From: an uncultured Verrucomicrobiae bacterium
GTDB lineage: Bacteria; Verrucomicrobiota; Verrucomicrobiia; Limisphaerales; JAFGQR01
Assembly: GCA_963788655.1 (NCBI GenBank)
Contig: CAWBHS010000090.1
Location: forward strand, 64,001 to 128,000
DNA: 64,000 nt
Reading direction: 5' to 3'
The stretch's first letter is position 1; each line of letters opens with the position of its first letter. The position numbers and the translations under genes were made by a program. Below the pieces are notes generated by a model. It worked only from the letters and a program-made list of their open reading frames with translations. It was not told the DNA's origin and ran no database searches. Positions 1 to 10,471 of this stretch are shown here, piece by piece.

Positions 1-168
1 ACCCGTCCCAGCGAAATCGTACTGATGCGCCCGAAGCGCGGCCGCCTCGTCATCAATACCGGAAATGCAGCGATCGCCAACGGGCCGCGGCAATACGTGG
101 CGCTTCCTGCGCAACGGCTCAGCGTCGCACCCGCGTTGCGCGACGATGAATCCTCCGAGGAAGACTGA
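1..168 (+). CDS. 3' end of a gene running in from the left edge (partial, product unknown)
   Basis: Frame +1 is open from base 1 (TRPSEIVLMRPKRGRLVINTG...DDESSEED*) to TGA at 166-168, convergent on the next gene. Confidence 0.5.
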   Translation, partial: TRPSEIVLMRPKRGRLVINTGNAAIANGPRQYVALPAQRLSVAPALRDDESSEED

Positions 169-179
169 TACCGTCTGCC

Positions 180-428
180 CTAAAATCGCGTCCGGATGCG
201 CACGCGCCCCTGCATCGGAAAATTACTTACACCTTGGCGCCGGCGTAGATCGCGGCAAAGCAATTTGCCGGCCCGGAAACCGAAGCGAAACGATTTCCGC
301 AACTGTTCGGTGCGGGTGATCTGGCCGCCCTGCAGCGCGTGCAGAAATCCTGATCGGAAGCGCGCCTCGATGAGATTCGGCGGGATTTCCACGCCTACGT
401 CGTCTGGTGCGGGATACACATATCGCAT
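180..428 (-). CDS. Small basic hypothetical protein (82 aa)
   Basis: ATG at 428 preceded by AGGAGG RBS; MRYVYPAPDD...RIRTRF. Confidence 0.7.
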   Translation of the reverse strand: MRYVYPAPDDVGVEIPPNLIEARFRSGFLHALQGGQITRTEQLRKSFRFGFRAGKLLCRDLRRRQGVSNFPMQGRVRIRTRF

Positions 429-535
429 GCGAATACCCTCCTGTTGACGCCTAAACATGTTGACGACATCCGACATTGGAAATTTTAGTACAGCGCCGCC
501 ATGGGCTGGCGATTGAACATCCGGGCGTTACGACC

Positions 536-1648
536 ATGCTGACCCTGATGACCCGATTGCTGCCCAAACTCGCGGTGCTGAGCGTGCTCCTGCTCGCGCT
601 GCCGTTGCTGGGTCTGCTGGTCGCAGGGATATCCCCGGCGCCCTATCTGCACTTGCCGCCCGTTTACGGCTTGGTGCGGCACGCCGGTTTTTCTCCGGCG
701 GCGTTCGCTTCTCTGAGCGTGGTGGCGGGGGTGGCGCTCGCAATCCCGGTAACACTGCTCGGGAAGGGACTCGCCAGGCGTGGCAACGCGGTGGCATCGC
801 AGCGCCGCTTCCCGTGGTGGGGCTGGCTCGGCTTGTTGCTGACTTTCGGCAGCTGGACGATCGCCTGGAGCGACGTCCCATGGCTCACTACGGTCCGGCC
901 ATTCATATTCCCCCCGCTATGGCTCGGTTACGTGATCACCATCAATGGCCTGACCCACGCTTTGGGAGGACATGCACCGCTGGTACAGAGGCCAGGATAC
1001 TTTTTCGGGCTGTTTCCGCTGAGCGCGCTGTTCTGGTGGTATTTCGAATATCTCAATCGCTTCGTCGAAAACTGGCATTACGTTGGAATCGCAGATCTGA
1101 GCAGCGTTGCCTACGTGCTCCACGCCAGCCTCGCATACGCAACCGTACTACCGGCGGTGATCAGTACCAGCGAATGGTTGTATGCGCTGCTCCTGCCCGG
1201 TCCAAGCGGCGCGACGCTGCATGTGCGCCGGTCGGCGGGACGCGCCATGGCGGCGGCGACGCTGGTCGGCGCAAGCGCCGCGCTGGCGGCCGTGGGGGTA
1301 TGGCCGAACGAACTGTACAGCTTGCTGTGGGTAGCGCCCTTGCTGTTGCTGCTGGGACTGCAAGGCATCGCGGGAGAACGGACCATTTTGCAGGGCCTGA
1401 CGCGGGGCGACTGGCGGGAACTCTACCTGCCGGCGCTCGCAGCGCTGCAATGCGGAGTGTTCTGGGAGATGTGGAACTTTTACGCCGGCGCCAAATGGAT
1501 CTACAGCATCCCCTACGTGCATCGCTACACGATATTCGAGATGCCGCTGCTGGGGTATGCCGGGTACCTGCCATTCGGAATCGAATGTGCCGCCGTGGCA
1601 GCCCTACTGGGTCCGGCGTTCAGCTTCAGTCCGCAGACCCGACCGTGA
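536..1648 (+). CDS. Polytopic integral membrane protein, unknown function
   Basis: About 10 hydrophobic segments; FWWYFEYLN, FWEMWNF and FEMPLLGYAGYLPF motifs; ATG 536 preferred over TTG 476. Confidence 0.8.
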   Translation: MLTLMTRLLPKLAVLSVLLLALPLLGLLVAGISPAPYLHLPPVYGLVRHAGFSPAAFASLSVVAGVALAIPVTLLGKGLARRGNAVASQRRFPWWGWLGLLLTFGSWTIAWSDVPWLTTVRPFIFPPLWLGYVITINGLTHALGGHAPLVQRPGYFFGLFPLSALFWWYFEYLNRFVENWHYVGIADLSSVAYVLHASLAYATVLPAVISTSEWLYALLLPGPSGATLHVRRSAGRAMAAATLVGASAALAAVGVWPNELYSLLWVAPLLLLLGLQGIAGERTILQGLTRGDWRELYLPALAALQCGVFWEMWNFYAGAKWIYSIPYVHRYTIFEMPLLGYAGYLPFGIECAAVAALLGPAFSFSPQTRP

Positions 1649-1661
1649 TCTGCGGCAATCC

Positions 1662-1802
1662 TCACGCATAGAAGCGCGTCGCCAGGATCACCACCGCGAT
1701 CACGACCACGAGCAGGATCCCCCACATCAGCGACACCATCAAGCGGCTCATACCGCCGATGAAGCGGCCGCCGGGCGGTGCATTGTGCTTGGATTGTTTC
1801 AT
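1662..1802 (-). CDS. Small single-pass membrane protein (46 aa), not in the ORF track
   Basis: MKQSKHNAPPGGRFIGGMSRLMVSLMWGILLVVVIAVVILATRFYA*; GC3-rich codons; fills the gap after glgC. Confidence 0.55.
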   Translation of the reverse strand: MKQSKHNAPPGGRFIGGMSRLMVSLMWGILLVVVIAVVILATRFYA

Positions 1803-1856
1803 TATCGTGTTCGCATCCCCCCAGCATCAACGGCCACGCCGACTGCGGCCAGACCG

Positions 1857-3125
1857 CTATTCATTGTAGCCGGACCCGGCGCCACGGGAATTGCGCGCAA
1901 AGAAGGTTTCGAGTCCGCGCGGCACCACCACCCGCCCCCTGGGCGTGACCGTGAATCTTCGTTGGTCGTCGCCGGAGTCGTGGCCGATCACGGCGCCTTT
2001 GGGAATACGATTGTGTCGGTCGACGATGGCGTTGCGCAGTTTCGCTTCGCGCCCGACGCGCGTGTAATCCATGACCACGCAATCTTCGAGTTCCGCCCCG
2101 GCCTCGATCACCGCTTCACGGCGCACGATGCAATTACGCAGTCGTGCGCCCCGCTCAACGACGCACGCCGCGCCAAACAAACAGTTTTCGATTTCCCCGC
2201 CCAGAATTTTCGCCGTCGGTCCTTGGTAGTTGCTGGAAAAAATCGGCCATTGCGGATTGAATGCGTCAAAGCGCGATTCTTCGCCGAGCACATCCCGGTG
2301 AGCATCGAAATATGCGTCTACGGTGCCGACGTCGCGCCAGTAGGCGGGCTCTTCGTAGCCTTTGATGCCCGGCACCTCGTTGGTAGCGAAGTCGTACGCG
2401 AATACGTTGTGTGTGGCTGCCAATCGCGGCAACACATGATGACCGAAATCGGTTTCGCCGCTGTCCTGCGCCTCGCGCAGGGCTTCGACCAGAACGTCGG
2501 CATTGAACAAATAGTTGCCCATCGACGCATAGGCCCGCGTGGGATCGGACGGCATGGATTTGGGCTGGTCCGGCTTTTCCTGGAATTCGCGGATGCGACC
2601 GTTGTCGTCCGTCACCAGCACACCGAAATCCGAGGCTTGCTGGACCGCAACCGGCAATGCCGCTACGGTGACATCGGCCCCGTGTTCGCGGTGATGCCAG
2701 ATCATTTGCCGCACATCCATTCGGTACACGTGGTCGGCGCCGAACACCACCACCATGTCGGCACGGTGCATTTCGATCAGCCGCAGACTTTGATACACCG
2801 CATCGGCAGTGCCCTGAAACGCCCAAGCGCCTTCGTGCATCTGCGGTGGCACCACGGTAACGAATTGGTCCGGCAGCAGCGGCGACACCACCCAGGCTTT
2901 GCGCACGTGTTCGATCAGGGACTGGGGTTTGTACTGCACCAGCAAGTAAATCGAGCGAATGCCCGAATTGACCAGGTTACTGAGGACGAAGTCGACGATG
3001 CGGTAACGAGCCCCGAACGGCACCGCGGGTTTGCAACGCTCCAAGGTCAATGGCCGCAAGCGCGAACCCTCGCCGCCCGCCATGACAAAAGCAACAACGC
3101 GCTCGGCGTGTCTGCGCTCCTTCAT
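1857..3125 (-). CDS. glgC: Glucose-1-phosphate adenylyltransferase
   Basis: MAGGEGSRLRPLT..RCKPAVPFG, FQGTADAV, FQEKP, ASMGNYLF and YWRDVGT motifs; GGAGGAG RBS before ATG 3125. Confidence 0.97.
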   Translation of the reverse strand: MKERRHAERVVAFVMAGGEGSRLRPLTLERCKPAVPFGARYRIVDFVLSNLVNSGIRSIYLLVQYKPQSLIEHVRKAWVVSPLLPDQFVTVVPPQMHEGAWAFQGTADAVYQSLRLIEMHRADMVVVFGADHVYRMDVRQMIWHHREHGADVTVAALPVAVQQASDFGVLVTDDNGRIREFQEKPDQPKSMPSDPTRAYASMGNYLFNADVLVEALREAQDSGETDFGHHVLPRLAATHNVFAYDFATNEVPGIKGYEEPAYWRDVGTVDAYFDAHRDVLGEESRFDAFNPQWPIFSSNYQGPTAKILGGEIENCLFGAACVVERGARLRNCIVRREAVIEAGAELEDCVVMDYTRVGREAKLRNAIVDRHNRIPKGAVIGHDSGDDQRRFTVTPRGRVVVPRGLETFFARNSRGAGSGYNE

Positions 3126-3146
3126 CTGACTCCTCCTTGTTGTGCC

Positions 3147-3153
3147 AGTGTAG
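3147..3153 (-). promoter_or_regulatory. RpoS-type -10 element (CTACACT) upstream of glgC
   Basis: Minus strand reads TGCTCTACACT about 20 nt upstream of the ATG. Confidence 0.45.
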
Positions 3154-3611
3154 AGCACTGCGGCAGATTGCACCGACGATCACCTGAGTAAAAGCCCCAC
3201 CCGACCTGGGTGTTGCTTGAGCTCAAATAACCAATTCCAAGCGCTCGCGCGCCTGCGACGGCAGGTAATGCGACGCAGCGTCTTTATTTCGTTCGTTTAT
3301 TTCCAATGCGTACCCGATAACGCGGCGCGGGCGCCGAGTACCACAGCTGCGACTTTGCTGCACTCACCGGCCCGGAGTCGTCGGCAGCGCCTCCCCGCGT
3401 CCGAACTCGCAGCCACGCCATGTCCTATGAGGCGCGGCGGCTTCGGTCGATCTGCGCAGGCAGTTCCCGAACCGGGCGTACCGGGGTGTTGCGTTCAGGC
3501 CTAATGTCCTGAACCGTTACAGGGAGCGTTGCTGAAAACCAGTCGTGCGACGGATCGCCGTATCACTACGCGAAATGGCGGCGTCTCCCAGCCGCGCAGA
3601 ACTTCGATCGA

Positions 3612-4040
3612 TCACCCGTACCAGGGCATACACGCCGGGCCCGGCTTCGGTGCGGAATCGGCCCGCAGTTGGGTCAATCCTGTCTCCAAACCCTGACGCC
3701 AGTCGTCCACGAACCGGTTCAACACCTTGATGAATTCCGGGTCGTGATCGCGGCGATTCAGGACCAGATGTACCAGCACGCAGCCCACCTCCTGACGTGC
3801 CGCCGTAATGCTCCACTGCAACGCGCTTTCGCAGCTCGGCAGCGAAAATCGCACGCCGTAACGCAGCACCTCCCGGGTGACCCGGAACTGACCCCAGGCG
3901 CAATAGATCTCGCCGCGCTCGCCTTCATCGACCAGCACCCGGTCGATGGATGCGCACAGGCGCGCGAGGTTTCCGACCGTGACGTAGCGCTGCAATAGCG
4001 ACGCCGGCGCTGCGGCACGCGCGGTAGCGTAGAACTCCAT
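3612..4040 (-). CDS. Conserved hypothetical protein
   Basis: MEFYATA..LCASIDRVL..GEIYCAWGQF..LQWSIT..FVDDWRQGLE; globular composition; ATG 4040. Confidence 0.75.
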   Translation of the reverse strand: MEFYATARAAAPASLLQRYVTVGNLARLCASIDRVLVDEGERGEIYCAWGQFRVTREVLRYGVRFSLPSCESALQWSITAARQEVGCVLVHLVLNRRDHDPEFIKVLNRFVDDWRQGLETGLTQLRADSAPKPGPACMPWYG

Positions 4041-4293
4041 GGGTGGTCTCCGCCGAACAATCCTCTTCGATAGTGCGGCACGAACCATCGTCTGGCAAGC
4101 AGTCCAAACGGCACTGCCGTATATAAGAAAATGCTCATATTACATTCGGTTATCTGACGCGCCAGCCGCGGATTTCGCTCAAGTGAACCAACAGTTTGCC
4201 GATATCTCGGAGCACGACGCCGCTGTTCGGTTGCCGGGTGTCGTCCGGCAGCAGTGGCGCAAAGCCAATCGGTATTTGAGAGGGGAACTTGCA

Positions 4294-4599
4294 ATGAAAT
4301 CGACTCACACTGCGCTGACCAAACTCGCGCTCGGCATTGCAATGGTGGTTGCAGCCGGCGCGGCCCATGCCATCGACTGCGAAACCGCCGCCAACCGCGC
4401 GTCCGACCTTTACGCCGCCAGAGCAGCGAAAAACGAAGCGGCTTATGAATCGACCAAGCAAGCAATGAGAGGCGCCAGCGACGAAGCGAACATCTACCCG
4501 ATGCTGATTCGCGCCGTCGATGAAGGTTTGTATAGCAGCCCGGACGCCATGCATAAGGCGGCGCTCAAATATTGCAGCCGCAAGCTCGCAGCCAAATGA
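4294..4599 (+). CDS. Small secreted helical protein (signal peptide, two Cys)
   Basis: GAGGGG RBS; signal peptide ending AHA; Cys near both ends of the mature chain. Confidence 0.75.
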   Translation: MKSTHTALTKLALGIAMVVAAGAAHAIDCETAANRASDLYAARAAKNEAAYESTKQAMRGASDEANIYPMLIRAVDEGLYSSPDAMHKAALKYCSRKLAAK

Positions 4600-4738
4600 T
4601 CCGCTAACGCGACGAAAGGAGTGTGGCCAGGTCGCAGGGACGCGTTTGAGGCAAGCCGATCGTGAACGCGACCAGCAAACATGATCGGCGCAGTGGCGCA
4701 CGCAACTGGACCACAAGCGAACTACGAGGGTTAAGAAC

Positions 4739-6358
4739 ATGAAGAATCTGGGACTGGCATACAAGTTCATGATTCCATTGCTGGTAATCATGGTTGCCGC
4801 GCAAGCCGTCGGCATGCTGGTGATCTACTCCCGAAGCGGCGCCAAGCTGGAAGAACAGCAGGCGGATACTTTGCAGCGCTTGCACGAAGAGCAAATAGTG
4901 GCGCAGCGGGAACGCATGAATTCCCTCCAGGCACGCGCCGATTTGATCGGCGAGTTTCTGAGCAAATCGGCAGTCGGTCCCATACTGTTCGATGACCAGG
5001 ACGCGCTGGCCAATCAACAGAAGAACGCCAAGTCCAACGGCATTGCCTACGTGTTGTTCCTGGGACCCGACGGCACGACGGCGTTGGTGCAATCCGGTTC
5101 CCAACCCGATCGTTCGAACTCGATCGAAAAGACTTACGACGTTGTATCCAAGGACAAGACCATCGGCAAAGTAGCGGTCGGAATCTCCAAAACCGACTAT
5201 GAGGCGTTTGAGAAGTCCAATCAGGCCGAAATCGACAAACTCGCGGCGGACATCACGCACAAACGCGAGCAGGTCGGATCGGACTTGCTGTTCGTCAATC
5301 TGAGCGCGGCATTCGTGACCCTGGTTCTGGTCACCGCAGTCCTGATGCTGCTGTTCCGCAAACTGGTCATCAAGCCACTGCTCGATGGCAGCACGCTGAT
5401 GCGCGAACTGGCGAGCGGCGAAGGCGACCTCACCGTGCAACTGCCGGTGCCGAATCAGGACGAGATTTCCGCTTTGCTCGCCGGTATCAATCAGTTCACG
5501 AGCAAGCTGCGCGTGATGGTGCAGGACATGGTCGGATCCAGCCAGACCCTGTCCGGTTCCGCAGGCGAACTGACGGTGATGATGCAAGAGTCGGAATCGC
5601 GCATCGAACATCAACAGCACGAAACCAGTGCAGTCGCGGCCGCCATCACCGAGATGGCGTCCACGGTGCACGAAGTCGCGCGCAACACAGCCAATGCCGC
5701 CGAGGCGGCACAAAAAGCCAACGATTCGGCCCGCAGCGGTCACTCCACTACCGAGCAGGCGGTCAAGGACATCAACACCCTGGTCACGCGCATCGAGGAT
5801 ACCGCGGCGGTCATCAATCGATTGAACGAAGACGCCGACCAGGTGGGCAGCGTTCTGGAAGTGATCCGCGGTATCGCCGAACAAACCAACCTGCTGGCTT
5901 TGAACGCCGCCATCGAAGCCGCCCGTGCCGGCGAACAGGGTCGCGGCTTCGCCGTGGTCGCTGACGAAGTGCGCACGCTCGCAGGCCGCACCCAGCAGTC
6001 GACCGAAGAGATCCGCGACATCATCGAGAAACTGCAAAGCGGCTCGGTCAGCGCCGTGGAAGCGATGAACACGGCTCAGCAGTCCGGTCAGCAGGGCGCT
6101 CAGCAGGTGCATTCGGTAGCTGTGGCGCTGAACGAGATCCGCACGCTGGTGCAGCAGATCAACGACATGAATACTCAGATCGCCAGTGCCACCGAGGAGC
6201 AAAGCGCCGTGGCCGAAGAGATCAGCAACAATATCGCGCGCCTCAACCAGATCGGTCAGGAGAGCGCTGCCAGTTCCGCGGAATCGGCACAGAGCAGTGT
6301 CAACCTCGCCGGCGTCGCCCAGCATCTGCACGAAGTGGCGAGCATGTTCAAGGTCTGA
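4739..6358 (+). CDS. Methyl-accepting chemotaxis protein (2 TM, HAMP, signalling domain)
   Basis: [34 protein letters not shown] signature; HAMP motif GEGDLT..DEIS. Confidence 0.97.
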   Translation: MKNLGLAYKFMIPLLVIMVAAQAVGMLVIYSRSGAKLEEQQADTLQRLHEEQIVAQRERMNSLQARADLIGEFLSKSAVGPILFDDQDALANQQKNAKSNGIAYVLFLGPDGTTALVQSGSQPDRSNSIEKTYDVVSKDKTIGKVAVGISKTDYEAFEKSNQAEIDKLAADITHKREQVGSDLLFVNLSAAFVTLVLVTAVLMLLFRKLVIKPLLDGSTLMRELASGEGDLTVQLPVPNQDEISALLAGINQFTSKLRVMVQDMVGSSQTLSGSAGELTVMMQESESRIEHQQHETSAVAAAITEMASTVHEVARNTANAAEAAQKANDSARSGHSTTEQAVKDINTLVTRIEDTAAVINRLNEDADQVGSVLEVIRGIAEQTNLLALNAAIEAARAGEQGRGFAVVADEVRTLAGRTQQSTEEIRDIIEKLQSGSVSAVEAMNTAQQSGQQGAQQVHSVAVALNEIRTLVQQINDMNTQIASATEEQSAVAEEISNNIARLNQIGQESAASSAESAQSSVNLAGVAQHLHEVASMFKV

Positions 6359-6374
6359 CGACCAGGTCCGACCA

Positions 6375-6410
6375 AGCCCTCCGCTCCCACGGGACGGAGG
6401 GCTTTTTTTT
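6375..6410 (+). terminator. Rho-independent terminator after the MCP gene
   Basis: AGCCCTCCG...CGGAGGGCT stem followed by a T8 run. Confidence 0.85.
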
Positions 6411-6518
6411 GCCCGACTCGTTTGCACTTGGACTAGGCTTGCCGGAAGTGCGCACTTGCGAGCAACCGATCGAGAGAGCACGTCTGCACGGTCCCTTCGC
6501 TACCGGGAGTTGTTCAGT

Positions 6519-7958
6519 ATGGGATTGCAGCTGGGCGGAAATCAAAGCGGCAAGGTGGAATTGCGCCTGGCGATGGCCAATCGTCACGGCCTGATTGCGG
6601 GCGCCACCGGCACCGGCAAAACGGTCACTTTGCAGGTGCTGGCAGAGGCGTTTTCGCGCAACGGCGTGCCGGTATTCATGGCCGATGTGAAAGGCGACCT
6701 TGCCGGCCTGGCTCAGGCTAATGCCGCCGGCGAACGCATCCGTGCACGCGTCGAACAGCTGGCCATCCGTGACTACCAACCCCGCGCCTATCCGGTGGTC
6801 CTTTGGGATCTGTATGCAGACCAGGGACACCCGCTGCGCACCACGGTTTCCGATGTCGGGCCGTTGCTGTTCGCGAGTCTGCTGCAACTCAATACCACGC
6901 AGACCGCCGTGCTGCAGGCGGCATTCCGGATCGCCGACGATCAGGGCTTGCTGTTGCTCGATCTCAAAGATCTCCGCGCCCTTCTGGCCTGGGTGGGAAA
7001 CAACGCCAAGTCGCTGAGCAGCGAGTACGGCAATATCAGCAATGCCAGTGTCGCCGCGATCCAGCGCGGCCTGTTGTCCCTGGACTCGGAAGGCGGCGCT
7101 GCGTTCCTGGGCGAACCGGCGTTGGAACTCGGCGATCTGATGCGCACGGATTTTTCCGGCAATGGCGTCATCAGTATCCTGGACGCTACGGCGTTGATGT
7201 CACGCCCGAAGCTGTATGCCATATTCCTGCTGTGGCTAATCGCCGAACTGTTCGAAAACTTGCCGGAAGTCGGAGACGCCGACACGCCGCGGCTGGTGTT
7301 CTTTTTCGATGAAGCCCATCTGTTGTTCGATGATGCACCAGCGGTATTGCTCGACCGAATCGCACAGGTAGTGCGTCTGATTCGTTCCAAAGGCGTGGGC
7401 ATTTACTTCGCCACCCAGAATCCTCTGGACGTGCCGGATAATGTGCTCGGACAACTGGGCAATCGCGTGCAGCATGCGCTGCGGGCGTTTACGCCCCGGG
7501 ACCGCAAAGCTGTGCGCGCCGCGGCGCAAACATTCCGCGAAAATCCGTCTTTGGATACGGAACAGGTCATCACCGAACTCGGAGTCGGCGAAGCGCTGGT
7601 CTCGGTACTCGATGACAAGGGCGCTCCGACCCCTGTGGAACGCATCCTGATTGCGCCGCCGGAATCGAGAATCGGGCCGCTCAGCGCCGAGGAGCGCAGC
7701 GAACATCTGCGCCGCTCGCCGTTGGCTGGACGCTACGATCAAGCCCTCGATCGGGAATCGGCCTATGAGGTGCTGAAGACCCGGGCTGCTGCCGCGACCC
7801 AGCAAGTGGCCCCGCAACGGAGCGCCGGGACAAGCCGGCGCCAGAGCATGCTGGAGGCAATGGCGAGCAGTGCCATGCGCTCAATCGGCAGCAACCTCGG
7901 CCGGCAACTGGTGCGCGGCTTGATGGGGTCGCTGCTCGGAAAAAAGCGCGGGCGCTGA
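6519..7958 (+). CDS. HerA-like P-loop ATPase, DUF853/YjgR family
   Basis: [31 protein letters not shown] and RSKGVG..TQNP motifs. Confidence 0.93.
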   Translation: MGLQLGGNQSGKVELRLAMANRHGLIAGATGTGKTVTLQVLAEAFSRNGVPVFMADVKGDLAGLAQANAAGERIRARVEQLAIRDYQPRAYPVVLWDLYADQGHPLRTTVSDVGPLLFASLLQLNTTQTAVLQAAFRIADDQGLLLLDLKDLRALLAWVGNNAKSLSSEYGNISNASVAAIQRGLLSLDSEGGAAFLGEPALELGDLMRTDFSGNGVISILDATALMSRPKLYAIFLLWLIAELFENLPEVGDADTPRLVFFFDEAHLLFDDAPAVLLDRIAQVVRLIRSKGVGIYFATQNPLDVPDNVLGQLGNRVQHALRAFTPRDRKAVRAAAQTFRENPSLDTEQVITELGVGEALVSVLDDKGAPTPVERILIAPPESRIGPLSAEERSEHLRRSPLAGRYDQALDRESAYEVLKTRAAAATQQVAPQRSAGTSRRQSMLEAMASSAMRSIGSNLGRQLVRGLMGSLLGKKRGR

Positions 7959-8011
7959 CGCGCCCTACGCTTCCCAGCCCGACTTCAGGCTTGCCATGAC
8001 ACACTTCCGCT

Positions 8012-8281
8012 TCACTTCTGCGGCGGTTGCCCGGTGTCCGGAATTTCCTGCTCGAAGGCGCTGAACTCCGATTGATCCAGGGCGCCGTCGGAATTGCGAT
8101 CGGCGCGCTGATAATAGCCGAACACACGATGATTGCGGGCTTCGTCGTGACTGATGTAACCGTTGTGATCCTTGTCCAGACTTCGGAACCGTGTCTGGGA
8201 ATCCTTGGCGGCATTGGTGTCCGCGGCGATCGCTGCCACGGGTAACACAAGTACGACGACGGCAATTGCGATTTTGTACAT
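8012..8281 (-). CDS. Secreted two-EF-hand calcium-binding protein
   Basis: Signal peptide; loops DKDHNGYISHDE and DRNSDGALDQSE. Confidence 0.88.
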   Translation of the reverse strand: MYKIAIAVVVLVLPVAAIAADTNAAKDSQTRFRSLDKDHNGYISHDEARNHRVFGYYQRADRNSDGALDQSEFSAFEQEIPDTGQPPQK

Positions 8282-8501
8282 GACTCGTCCCTCTTGCGTT
8301 CCCGTAGCCGCTGGTGTCGCTGGCAAAACGCGGTAATGCATCGCGCGTCGGGTGCGGACAACGGGAACGATTCAGACGGTATGGATCCAACGGCACCCTT
8401 GAAAAAGGGCTGGCCCCGGAGGGCTCGGTGAGAGTCGGCGGCGTCAGTCCTGACGATCCGAATTCTAGCGGAGCGCAACGCAGACGCAAGATCGGCCTCA
8501 G

Positions 8502-9260
8502 TCAGGCGCCAACTGCTTCGAAGGGAGCGGTATCCGGCGGCCCGGCGGCGAACAGGAAGACCGGTTTGCTTGCCGCGCTCGGATAGCGCGGTATCGCCGC
8601 CAGTTGACTGCAAACCGTGCCGAAACCGTTGACCAGGGCAAAGTTCGGAGCCGCGGCCGGGTCACCCGTACCGCCGGGAATCTCGCGGCTGGCCAGCAGC
8701 GCCTGCCAGGCTTGCCAGTTGCCGGCGAGGGGGTCCGGCGCCGGTGCCTGCGAGAATCGCGGCCGGTAGGCACTGATTCGCGGAGCGGAAACATCGTCGA
8801 GATCCCGCGCCGTCAACATGTGCAGCCCTGCCGCCACCGGTTGCGAGGCGATCTTGCCGAGGCCATCATCCCGATGGCACAACCAATGGCCGCTCACGGC
8901 GTCACCGACGAACAAATTGAAACCGCGGTAAGCGTCAGGGTCCAATTCGGCCAGCGCCAATGCGGCTTCGGATGCTTCAGCGTGATCCAATGCTTCCAGC
9001 ACCAGTTCGCCGCGGCTGCGCTTATCCGGCGCGGGTCCGAGGGCGCCCTCGCGATTGGTGACCACCGCCACCAGTCCGTGATCGTTGATCCCGAACCAGG
9101 AACCGCCGCCGACATGGTCGATGCCGGCGACCACCTCCGGTCGGTCCGGCCAATGGCGACCCGGTGCCGACCATGCGCGGCCGCTCATTTCATCCCGGTT
9201 GCCGGCTACCAGTAACGGCCAGGCGTGGTCCGGCCGGCGCAGAATGACTAAGGTGCACAT
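8502..9260 (-). CDS. NRDE / TANGO2 family protein
   Basis: N-terminal MC; GNRDE, GGSWFG, SRGELV and FGTVCS motifs. Confidence 0.92.
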   Translation of the reverse strand: MCTLVILRRPDHAWPLLVAGNRDEMSGRAWSAPGRHWPDRPEVVAGIDHVGGGSWFGINDHGLVAVVTNREGALGPAPDKRSRGELVLEALDHAEASEAALALAELDPDAYRGFNLFVGDAVSGHWLCHRDDGLGKIASQPVAAGLHMLTARDLDDVSAPRISAYRPRFSQAPAPDPLAGNWQAWQALLASREIPGGTGDPAAAPNFALVNGFGTVCSQLAAIPRYPSAASKPVFLFAAGPPDTAPFEAVGA

Positions 9261-9380
9261 GGCGCCACCCTAAACCACTGCGCCGCGGGCCGCCAATCAA
9301 CGGCACGGCGCCGGCAGGGACATGACCGCAAAACAATCTGTTAACCTAAAGGACAAGGACATACCGACACGAGGCCGACC

Positions 9381-9773
9381 ATGACCGATGAACGTCTCCC
9401 TGAAATCAAACTGGACCCGGACGACCTCTACCGGGAAGAACTGTTCACCGACCGCCGCGCCGGCACCCTGCGCCGCCTGACGCCGATCACGGCGGATGGC
9501 GAGAACGACCCTGGACGCGCCGTGTCCTATGTGGGCGATGCACAACTGATGACGCCGGTGGGTGCGTTGCCGCTGTCGTTCGAGATTCCGGCAAAATCGT
9601 TGCGCGAGGCGCTGGACCAATATCCGGAAGCCGCCCGCGCAGCAATGGAACGGGCCATCGAAGAACTCAAGGAAATGCGCCGCGAAGCCGCCTCCTCCAT
9701 CGTAATTCCCGAAATGGGAGGTGGCGCCGGCGGGCTGGGCGGCTCTGGCGGCGGCAAGATTCAAATGCCGTAG
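9381..9773 (+). CDS. Conserved hypothetical cytoplasmic protein
   Basis: GAGG RBS; DLYREELFTDRRAGTLRRLTP..GALPLSFEI; Gly-rich tail. Confidence 0.85.
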   Translation: MTDERLPEIKLDPDDLYREELFTDRRAGTLRRLTPITADGENDPGRAVSYVGDAQLMTPVGALPLSFEIPAKSLREALDQYPEAARAAMERAIEELKEMRREAASSIVIPEMGGGAGGLGGSGGGKIQMP

Positions 9774-9792
9774 CGTCCGAGAGGAAAAACCC

Positions 9793-10458
9793 TCAGCCGC
9801 GACGATCGACGGTCGCGCTGACCGGCTTTGGCAATAGCGCCGCGGTCGCCAAGTACAGCACCAGCCCGTTGAGCACGTGCCAACCGAAATGGGTCCCGGT
9901 CGGAAACACCGCGCACAGGCTGCGATCCACCGTGCGCAGCAAAAGCGCGGCAGTGAACGCGGACGCCGCCATCAGCAACAGCTGGCCGCGGCGGCGATCG
10001 CGCGCCAGCGTGATTATGCAGATGAGCAACAAAGCCATCCAGGTAGGAAGGTAAAACACGGAACCGTTCATAAATCCCGGCGGCAGCAGCAACTGCAAAC
10101 CGATATTGAGCGCGTTGTAGATCAGCAGCCATAGCAGCGCGGCGCTCACCCCCAGTGCAGCGACCCTGATCAGGAAGCTCAGCAGAAATACGTTGATGAA
10201 CAAGAGAATCGGAACAATATCAGCCCACTGCGACCACGGCGCGCGCAACGTGTGCCAAAGAAAACTGCCCACGCCCACGGCGGCGGCCAGGAATGCCAGC
10301 AACCAAACATCGCTCCAGCGTCGGGGGTCGACCTGACGCACCAGCCGCAGCGCGATCAGCGCGGCCACGATCACGAACGCGGCATTGCTCCAGGCGTTTA
10401 GCGGCTCCGCCCAAAACCCGCTACTGGTTCGTTCGCAATACAAAGCGAGCGCGACCAT
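9793..10458 (-). CDS. Ceramidase-like (CREST superfamily) membrane hydrolase
   Basis: YCER..FWAEPLNAWSN, GSFLWH and GTHFGWH motifs; about 7 TM segments. Confidence 0.88.
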   Translation of the reverse strand: MVALALYCERTSSGFWAEPLNAWSNAAFVIVAALIALRLVRQVDPRRWSDVWLLAFLAAAVGVGSFLWHTLRAPWSQWADIVPILLFINVFLLSFLIRVAALGVSAALLWLLIYNALNIGLQLLLPPGFMNGSVFYLPTWMALLLICIITLARDRRRGQLLLMAASAFTAALLLRTVDRSLCAVFPTGTHFGWHVLNGLVLYLATAALLPKPVSATVDRRG

Positions 10459-10471
10459 CTGACTCAGGCCG

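Noticed and set aside
4215..4290. c-di-GMP-I riboswitch (GCGCAAAGCC) before the secreted protein gene
   Set aside because: The upstream GGCAAAC/GAAA P2 elements are missing; only a generic hairpin is present.
1557..6481. Long antisense ORFs (1557-3191 +, 4604-6481 -) and similar ones opposite SulP, glgP and NYN
   Set aside because: They mirror well-supported genes, as expected from high-GC codon bias, and contain no motifs.
6519..7958. HerA-based anti-phage system
   Set aside because: Motifs fit the widespread DUF853/YjgR family, and there is no adjacent SIR2, NurA or nuclease partner.
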